DNA from: Vezdaea acicularis
Taxonomy: Eukaryota
Length of the DNA stretch: 46,970 nucleotides
Direction of reading: 5' to 3'
NCBI GenBank assembly: GCA_026025075.1
Contig: JAPEUI010000028.1
Location: forward strand, 124,001 to 170,970
Below the pieces are notes generated by a model. That model was not told the DNA's origin, did no database searches, and was given only the letters and a program-made list of their open reading frames with translations. Position numbers and translations under genes: made by a program. Positions 38,788 through 46,970 of the stretch are shown one piece after another. How positions within the stretch are numbered: position 1 is the first letter of the stretch; the number at the start of each line of letters is the position of its first letter.

Positions 38788-41062
38788 CCCCAAACATCTC
38801 GGCAAATCCCGACAGCCTCGGTATGACACCCGATACGGAGCTGCTAATCTCCAATTGGGACCTTTTCCCACCAACGCCGTTCACGCACTTTGGTATGCTG
38901 CAGTCGTTTATTTGTTACATCGACTTCCGAGTCTGGGAGGGGAGGCAGGTGACGCAGTATCTGCCCAATCTTCGTCAGGAACAGTTTTAAAGAGAGACGC
39001 ACACACTTACAAAGCTCCTATCACCTACATGTCCCACGGAGCCCTCCGAATCGTGTGGATGATCTATATTGCATGAACGGATGCATTAACGAAGACATCC
39101 CGCTCTTTAAAAGTTGATGTGTTAGTATAGTCTGTGTGTCAACGCGGCTGCTGGCACAAATGAGGCAGTGGAATCTTCCTAACGACTGGGCTGGCCTCGC
39201 TCCCTATACGCAAGCCTAGCTAGGATAGCTCTCAAATTTAAATCTCCGCAGTGCTTGACAACCCATAACTAATGCGTATGTCTACCGTTTGGAATGCTCT
39301 CCGCCATTTCTGACGTGCGTTCGATTCAATCATAATTGCCTTAAGTTAATGTGGAGTATTTACCAGAGAATTATAAGAGATAGATTGACCCAAAGGCATC
39401 TGGCAAGATGGCTAAGTCCAGAGGGACAAAGACACTGGATGTCGTTTGGCTGGGGTTCTCCCTCGTCAATATTTTTGTAATGATATGTAGGCTGCCACAG
39501 CTTTCTCTGACTTCTTCAACACCTCTACATAGAGTATCCTCTGTCCCTCTCATCCTGACACCTTGACGGTTCAATCGTTTCTCTCCTAACGCGCTCTAGT
39601 CAACGACCTCCCTCCTCTTTTCCCAGCTCTCTCCCGATACCCCATCTTCGCCACCTCTCCCGAATATTATGTCAAGCTCACTGGTGATCGGTTCTTTCTT
39701 CCTGGCGCTCCCGCCTGGTTCGTCGCGTATCATTGGCTGGAATTGTTCATAAACCTGCCTCTAGGGATCTACCTTGCATGGGCTATATGGCGTAGTACGT
39801 TGGGTCCATGTGACTCCGTCTCTTCTTGATCTGGCCTATTCCTTCTTTGTACGGTTGGCTTAGATGATCTCTTGAGTATGGGGTTATAGCTTCTCACAAA
39901 GTGTACTAATGAGACTGTGATAATTGTAGGTTCGCCGAATTTACCGGCTGCTTTACTTGCCCATGGGGCGTTTGTGTCGACGACCACGTTCACATGCACG
40001 GTAGATATGCTTAATTGGGAAGACTTTCCAGCTGATAAGAGAAATTTGCTGATTTGGATGTATGGCCCGTATCTATTACTCTGTACGTTTTCCTTTCTCC
40101 CCTTTTGACAGTTCTCTGGATGAACATCCTTGGCCTTGAGGACCCTTCATTGACTAATGGCTAATTTCTCTCCGCTTTTTGCGTAGCGTTGGTCATGACG
40201 GCCGATGGGTGGATAAGATCAAGTACTGCAGCGAAGGACGCGTCCATCTGGAAGCGGACAGCGCTACAATCGAGGAAGGCGAAGTAAGGACTGGCGCTGA
40301 CGTATTGTCTGACGCGCGGAATCATTGCCTCGGCCACATTGCCATTGGTGTCAATCCCTTCAATGGAGATGGCGAACGCGGACGAGAGTCTTCTTCAGAT
40401 ATAACTGTATCATTGTTTTTTGTTTGTCACCTCGCGGAGACATCTCGAAGTTTTCGATTGTGAACAAAGTTTAGAAGTTGTCTAATCCATACTTCATCCC
40501 TCGATCTCCTGATTTCTATAAGTAGAGGGCACGCATATTTAATATCTAATATTAAGAAATGCTGCATTGTCCTTTAGCACCTATTAAGAGTCTACCTTTT
40601 CAATGTTGGGCTTTGTGAGAATTGAATGGGTATACGATTGTTTCATTGGGCATGATGTCCGATGCATGTAGCAAATGGTCAGTGCTGTTGGACAGCTGTG
40701 CCCTTGACTTACAAATGTGTGTTGAAAAAGGGCATCACATACTTGCGTCGAGGGCCTTCTACATTTAGCATCTCCCTTTCACATTCAGACTACTACGGCG
40801 TGGAGGGTCGCTGTAACACGCGATCGCGATTGCTTTGAGGAAATTCTATAGATGCCACCTTATGTTTCGAGGTAGGGATTACCACAAGTTTCTGGGGACT
40901 GTTTTTCAATATTTTTGGAGATTGCACTTAAAGTGTGAAATCAACATTGCTCGGCTGTAGATGTTCTTTGGGGAGCGTTTCTGTGCCTCGGTTCCAGGGA
41001 CGGAGAACTTCCACGCGTAGCCATACCTAGTCATATTGTTCACCTCAAGACATACGTCAATT

Positions 41063-42395
41063 ATGGCAGAACCCCCCTTGTCTCGTCCCCGCGTTTTTCT
41101 TGATCTCACCCAGGGGCTTGTACCTCTAGGGCGCCTCACAATCGAGCTCTTCACCGATAAGACGCCCAAAACATGCGAAAAGTTGGCTTCCTCCCCTCGT
41201 GCTGCTCTGATACCCACTGATATATATCATTAGCTTCCGTGCCCTCTGCACAGGCCAGAGTGCATCAGGACTGACTTACAAGCTATCACCAATTCACCGC
41301 GTAATCGACGAGTTCATGGTTCAAGGCGGGGACATTACGAAAGGCGACGGAACTGGCGGGATCAGCATTTATAACGAGGGTGGGGAGTTTGGTGATGAGA
41401 ATCTGGAGTGGAGGAAAATAGATAAGGAGGGTTTAGTGTGCATGGCGAATCGTGGGCCCGGCACCAACACGAGCCAATTCTTCATCACGCTGGCGCCTTG
41501 TGACCATCTCAATGGAAAGCATACCGTGTTTGGGATGCTGGTAGGTGGTGGGAATGTTTTGGAGAGCCTAGCCAAGGTAGAAGTCGATCAAAAGGATAGG
41601 CCGAAGGTCGAGGTGTTGATTGAGCGGTGTGGGGAACTGGAGAGAAAAAAAAGGGCAACTGCTACGGTTTCGGCAGTGAAGGAGAAGGGCAGAGATGACA
41701 GAGAAACAGGCAGGAGGCAGCGGAGTGAAATACGGCGGGGTCGACATCGCAGCAGGAGCTTAAGTGCGAGCAATACCGGTAATGATCTATCACGTCCTAG
41801 AAAACGTTCTGCTCGAGGGGAGCGGACATCTTCACGTTCACGTTCACCAAGGCAAGAGCACCACCGCAAACATCATCAAAATCACCATCATCACCATGAC
41901 GCTCGAGACCGCCGTAGGCAATCCCTAGACGGTACCTACCGCGGACGTACCCCGCGCAGGTCTACATCTCCTCTAGAAACTAATATGGGAGAAGTTGAAG
42001 GCCGCAAAAACCAACCAAGGTCTCGGTCGCCGTCAAAGGAATCGAAGCGCAAGGTAGAAGGAAGAGACAGGGAAAATGGGCCGAGGCGATATAGGTCTAG
42101 GTCTAGGGAGTGGGGGCGTTATGGAGGCCGTGAAGAAAGAATGGATAGGAGAGCAGGAAACGATCATAGAAATGGCTGGAAGGGGAGGGAAAGAAGATAC
42201 GGCTGGCGAGCCGATGAAGAGGCATTGAGGATGCAGGAGCAGGAGCGGGAGGGGGGAGAAGAGAGGTGGAGAGGGGTGCTCGGGGAGGAGGAAGAAAATG
42301 CCCGGCTAGGAGGTTGGGGTCCGGCAACCAACAGTGGGGCTAGCGATACAAAGATGGTGTTCAAGGGGCGAGGAGTGATGAAGTTCCGCGGCTGA
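41063..42395 (+). CDS. Cyclophilin-type PPIase with Arg/Ser-rich C-terminal tail (SR-cyclophilin)
   Basis: RPRVFLD..GRLTIELF..TPKTCEN|FRALCTG, HRVIDEFMVQGGD, MANRGPGTNTSQFFIT, HLNGKHTVFG; RS/RD-rich tail ending FKGRGVMKF. Confidence 0.9.
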
Positions 42396-42450
42396 CATGG
42401 CACCTATCTTACCTCTTGTTCTCTATACCTCGTGGAAGGTGGACATTCTA

Positions 42451-43173
42451 TCACTTCCAACCCATCATCTCCGCCCAATACAACTCCTCTGCGCACCTAA
42501 AGTCCAGTATCGGCAATCTGTACTCCTCCGCGCTCCTCTCAATCGCCTGCTGCAACTTCATCCACCCTGCTCCATGCCCATCTGGGCCATCCACTTCCTT
42601 GAACTCTTCGTTGCACTCTGCGCATTGACAAGCGTATACAGCAATGACAGCATGCGCCATCTCGTGCACGAGGACCCCTGAAACGAACTGTTGGTATTCG
42701 TGTACATTCGGCCGCGGCTTCCCCTCCTTTACATGTCGCTCCCTCAAGACGGCCTTACTAACCTCGACGCTGAAGCGGATCGTCACCCTTTGCCGCCAAG
42801 GGAGCCACCGGCTATACGAGGTGGTCTCTGCTAAGACGGAGTCACGGCCTACTCGTGCAGACACCCTAGCTTGCATTCTATCCACAAGCATTCCCCTGAA
42901 CCAGAAGTCGTCGAAAACGCGCACCAGATGGTCGATTGCGCCGACTCGGCCCCCTCTTTGGAGACTATCGTGCAACCTGCGCATCTCTCTTGCCATTTTG
43001 CGTTGCGCTTGGAGCCATCTAGGATCATTAGCGGCCTCCTTCGTGAAGCCTGGGTAGCTACGGTCAAAGGAGGATCGGAGAAGGTGGATCAATTCCCATG
43101 GTTTGAATGACTGGGGAGAGGGAGAGAGGCTGTCACGAGGGTCATACACAGAGTGAACTCTGCTGTGTCTCAT
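42451..43173 (-). CDS. SprT-like zinc metalloprotease, copy A
   Basis: Intronless ORF with FDDFWFRG, LVHEMAHA, CQCAEC and GHGAGW; first in-frame ATG at 43173. Confidence 0.7.
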   Translation of the reverse strand: MRHSRVHSVYDPRDSLSPSPQSFKPWELIHLLRSSFDRSYPGFTKEAANDPRWLQAQRKMAREMRRLHDSLQRGGRVGAIDHLVRVFDDFWFRGMLVDRMQARVSARVGRDSVLAETTSYSRWLPWRQRVTIRFSVEVSKAVLRERHVKEGKPRPNVHEYQQFVSGVLVHEMAHAVIAVYACQCAECNEEFKEVDGPDGHGAGWMKLQQAIERSAEEYRLPILDFRCAEELYWAEMMGWK

Positions 43174-43351
43174 TCTTTGATGAAGAGGCTGGTATTCCAC
43201 GTTATTCAAAGATTTACAGAAGCAAATCGGGAGCCCATTCCCTGTCGATGATACTCTTATAGGCCCTCTAGAGAGTGAATAGGGGGAGTCTACCACGCCC
43301 ACAAGAGCCAGCGGATAACAGATAGGGGAAACATCGATTCACTAGCTGTCC

Positions 43352-44221
43352 TTAATATCCCCAGACTCCACTCTCTATGGCCTCTGCTAAGTACTGCTGC
43401 TTAGCAGTTATGTAGTCGTATACTGGCAACTTCTCACGCTTTGCGCTCCTCTCAATGGCCTTCATAACCTTCGCCCAAGCGAGCCCATGCCCTTTCTTGC
43501 CAACGACAAGCCCACACTCCTTTTGGCAATCAGGACATTGACAGCAATAAACATAAAAAAGGGCATGAGTCATTTCATGGACCAGGATGCCATTCAAGTG
43601 AGCTTGCGCATCCTTTTTAGTTGGTGGGGGCATCTTCTCCTCGGTATGATGGCGCCGCAAGGCTTTCATCGCCAGATCGAGGTCGAACTCTATTATCACT
43701 TGGCCATCTCCATTCATTGGCCGCGTACGGGCAAGGAGATGGCCATTTCGAAGCTCCTTGTGTGACAGTACCACCTTCCCGGCGAGCATACCTCGAAACC
43801 ACATTCCATCGAAGACTTCGAGCAGCTTCTTTGATGGGCGGGCGCCGGATCCAGCGGCAATTCTGGCGTTTTCTTCAAGCATTAAGTGGTGTAGATCGCG
43901 ATGCGCCTTCTCCCACCTAGGGTCTTGAGAGGCAGCCTCCGTGTACCCCGAGAAGATTCGATCGAACGAGGAGCGTACGAGGAGCACAAGGTCCGCTGGC
44001 CTGAAGCTCTGCGGACGGGGGTGGAGCGAGTCGCTCGGGTCGAACTTGGGGTGTACCCTACCGTGAGGCATCCGTAGAAGATTTTGATTGCCAAAGTCAA
44101 TCGGAAGGCCGGTGGGTGTTGATGGATAAGTAAGGAAGGATTGCTTTTTGTGTTTCAAAGGTCGATCGGTGTTGTGGAAGGAGTGTAGGCATAGGAAAGA
44201 GTGGTGAGGTGAGTATCCCAT
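43352..44221 (-). CDS. SprT-like zinc metalloprotease, copy B (start may be 44071)
   Basis: Intronless ORF colinear with copy A: DPSDSL.P.PQSF, RSSFDR, DPRW, FDGMWFRG, LVHEMTHA, CQCPDC, GHGLAW. Confidence 0.72.
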   Translation of the reverse strand: MGYSPHHSFLCLHSFHNTDRPLKHKKQSFLTYPSTPTGLPIDFGNQNLLRMPHGRVHPKFDPSDSLHPRPQSFRPADLVLLVRSSFDRIFSGYTEAASQDPRWEKAHRDLHHLMLEENARIAAGSGARPSKKLLEVFDGMWFRGMLAGKVVLSHKELRNGHLLARTRPMNGDGQVIIEFDLDLAMKALRRHHTEEKMPPPTKKDAQAHLNGILVHEMTHALFYVYCCQCPDCQKECGLVVGKKGHGLAWAKVMKAIERSAKREKLPVYDYITAKQQYLAEAIESGVWGY

Positions 44222-44350
44222 ATTTTTATACAGAGACTTAGCTGAGTGAATGGGCCAATAGCAGGGTTGGATACTGTGCTAACCTACTGAAGATGGGAGC
44301 AGGCACCATGAATGTTATAACCAGAGCATCTCTATACTTCTCCCCCCATC

Positions 44351-44700
44351 TTATTCTTCCTTCAGCTCGCGCCAATACAACTCTTATGCACGCTCAGATC
44401 TAGATCGGCGCCCACTCCAACTCTCCACTGCACTCCACTGCCCACATCCTTCTCCACTCACCAGCGCCCATGCCCCCAGTCCGTTCTCTCCACCTCCTCC
44501 AACTACCTCCTACACTACTTGTGCACACGATTATAGGTCTACAGGCCGGTATGACCCATCTCACGAACAAGGGTCCCACTCACAAACTCTCGGTTGCCCT
44601 CCGACTTTGGCTAAGAGCGTATTGGGTGTGGGAGAAGGGTGGGATAATACTATTACCTGGAGGAGGACAGCATTGGAAAAGGTGATTCTATCGGAGGAGA
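44351..44700 (-). pseudogene. Decayed third SprT-like paralogue
   Basis: Minus strand reads NREFVSGTLVREMGHTGL*TYNRVHK*CRR*LEEVERTDWGHG, then after frameshifts WAVECS..API and ELYWRELKEE*; copy A reads QQFVSGVLVHEMAH..AECNEEFKEVDGPDGHG..AIERS..LPI..ELYWAE. The 5' limit is approximate. Confidence 0.75.
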
Positions 44701-45439
44701 AGCCCCGTTTGATCTGTAGACAGGAGGAGTTACCTCGCTCTATGCCACCAGTGCCAGGGGTCGAGCACATATAAACAAACCTCGTGAAACTGTATCTCCA
44801 CCAATTGCGCTCCTTGGCAATTACGTCCTCGTATGTATACAAGTACGGCCATTTAGAAAAGTCTACATTTCTACATTTTTGGTTTTTGATGCACTCCCCA
44901 GTCCCCCCAACCTGGCTCGTCGTAGAATCGCCGCCTGCCCACCCACTCTCTCCGTAGATGCTACCGACCACTCACCACAAGAGAAGTGCCCCTCATCCCG
45001 TTTACCTCGCCCAACCAGCGGAAGCAAGTCCATACCACCACCACCACATCCAGCCCCACCCGCCAATCCCCACAGAACTCCCCGGATCCCACATCCCAGG
45101 CCATGCGCGTTTCTTGTGCGCCCACACCCTCGAGAACCCAGAGAGGAATGATTACTCACGCCCTCCGAGTCTGCCTACAGTAGTTCGCGATGTCTGCGGG
45201 TATATATGAACCGCTACGCGGTTGCTGCAGCGGTGGATCTGCGGCTTTGCCTTGTTTCTGCTTCTGGGGACTGCGGGACGGAGGAAGGTCCGCGATTGCG
45301 GGGCTTTGATGGGGGGGGGGGTTGCTGATCTCCCTTGATTTTTTATGCTTCCTACTAACTTATACGGTTTAGGAAAGCGCAAGGGCACAGATGGGAGGTG
45401 CGTGATGGTCTAGACTGGCCAGGCCGCTCATGCGCTCAT

Positions 45440-45721
45440 GCGCTCTTGCTCTCTCTAGCTCTTTCTCTTTCTGTCTCTTCTCCCTTCTCTCCCCCTCTCT
45501 CTCCGCCTCGTTCTCTCACTCACTCTCTCTCTCACTCTCTCTCTCTCTCACTCACTCTCTCTCACTCACTCTCTCTCACTCACTCTCTCACTCACTCTCT
45601 CACTCACTCTCTCACTCACTCTCTCCCTCTTCCTTCTCACTCTCTCTCCTCCTTCACACTCTTCCCCATCTCTCACTCGCTTACGCACACACTCTCTTTC
45701 TCTCCCCAACTTTCTCACTCT
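45440..45721 (+). repeat. CT/CTCA-rich simple repeat (core unit CTCACTCACTCT)
   Basis: Directly visible polypyrimidine tandem repeat, most regular at about 45510-45625. Confidence 0.9.
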
Positions 45722-45977
45722 TAAATCCACACCATCCCCCCAAAAACCGATGCGCGGCCCCCCCGCCACAGGGTTCCTGGATCGCTGGCGCGCTCCGACA
45801 ATTTTAAGCTGCGGCACTAAATCCTTCCTCGGTGCGGGTGACGGGAAAGAAACCACCCAGGCTACCACCCTCCACGTTTTTTTGTCCTCGTTCTGCCCGC
45901 ATGCGGTCTTAGGGCGGCTTGGCGGATGTGGTATTTTCTACTTTCCTGGAGAGGGTTAGGGCGGGAGGAGAGGGTGG

Positions 45978-46230
45978 CATGCGAGTAGCAAAAAAGTTGT
46001 CACACCAAAATTGAATATGCCGGCGCCAGCGCTCAAACTTCGTGAGATTGAGTGTAAAATCGCACAACTGATACGGTAAACGTACAACCCCTATGTTCAC
46101 AAGATACTCGATAATTGTCACAGGTATGCAGGCTTTTTGACCAGCTGTATTAGCATCTACATTTTCATGGATTGGGCACAAATCACACCAGGGAAATTTT
46201 TGGTGTGACAACTTTTTTGCTACTCGCGTG
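45978..46230. mobile_element. MITE / non-autonomous DNA transposon, 253 bp
   Basis: 33-bp TIRs CA(T/C)GCGAGTAGCAAAAAAGTTGTCACACCAAAA at 45978-46010 and 46198-46230 (1 mismatch); flanks GGTGG / AGTGG; AT-richer non-coding interior. Confidence 0.85.
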
Positions 46231-46970
46231 AGTGGTTACTTTTGGGAGGTCAGTGATGATATTTTGTCGGGGCTTTGTTGGGTGATTATTTTCAGTTCTT
46301 TTGCGTATTTTCTTGAGATTTTTCTCCCGATTTATTTCTACTTCCTACTTCATGCCACCTGCCCTAAATGCTTCTTAAGTTCTCGTGATCAAACGCATCA
46401 TCGGTCATAAGGAAAGCAGGCGGGGGGGAAATATAGAATCTCCAGCACCTTACCTTTCCGTTTCGTCCCCTTCGATCTTGCTCTTTTCAATTCGGTCTCC
46501 TTGTTCCTCCTCTTTTCTGTCGTTTCTCTTCTTTCCCTCTTCTCGCCTCTTCTCCCGCTCGCTTCGCTCGGTGATGGTCGAATCCCTGCTCGGCTCCACA
46601 TATCGCGCCCGCGCCCCGCGACCTGTGACCGAGACCGAGAAAGAAAAGGGACCCTTTCCCTGCCCGCTGCCTCCTTCTTCTCCACAACTCCGCAATCACC
46701 TCCGCGCTTTCTCCGAGGATGGACGGGTACTTGCCTGATTCATCGTACGGGGATTGACGTTGATTTGAATTATTTTTCAAGACAAGGAGGAAGACACGAC
46801 GATCCGCTGCGGTTGTTTCTTAGGGGAAGTTGACTCTCATCTGCTCGGAGATCAGTCTGGAGGCAACGGACGAAACAGAGAGGGCTGACGCGGAACAAGC
46901 TTTCTCGCTTCCGGACCCGCGCGAGCGACCGTCCATCATCCAGCGTCCAGCCTCCGCATCACTCTCTCTC

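Noticed and set aside
45398..45868. HSLT/SERV repeat ORFs; possible CRISPR-like array
   Set aside because: Translations of a simple CT/CTCA microsatellite; no unique spacers, and the DNA is eukaryotic.

Overview
Gene-dense, intron-containing DNA from a filamentous ascomycete (Pezizomycotina-type GT..CTRAY..YAG introns of about 50-60 nt). About 21 protein-coding genes can be assembled by eye: mitochondrial GatA (HER2, partial), ETR1, HIS2, GCV2, a secreted Cys-rich protein, BRR6/BRL1, SKY1-type SR kinase, queuine tRNA-ribosyltransferase, AcpS-type PPTase, a DUF1774-like membrane protein, LAP1, an R3H-associated protein, a conserved hypothetical protein, AIM41, GVP36, ACB1, a CUE protein, SMC2, an RS-cyclophilin and two tandem SprT-like HExxH metalloproteases. 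There is also an intron-containing tRNA-Ile(AAT). Main unexplained signals: (1) a ~1.9 kb non-coding, heavily self-complementary region (about 27120-29041) with a TTAGGG template and a downstream ATAAGT non-canonical splice donor, a candidate telomerase RNA gene; (2) a birth-and-death array of SprT-like genes with a third, decayed copy not visible in the ORF track; (3) a 253-bp MITE with 33-bp CAC/CAT-starting TIRs and a near-perfect 5-bp TSD; (4) a secreted protein with an aerolysin/ETX-MTX2-like sequence pattern. Exon boundaries and family calls come from manual reading and motif recognition; no database searches or folding were run.
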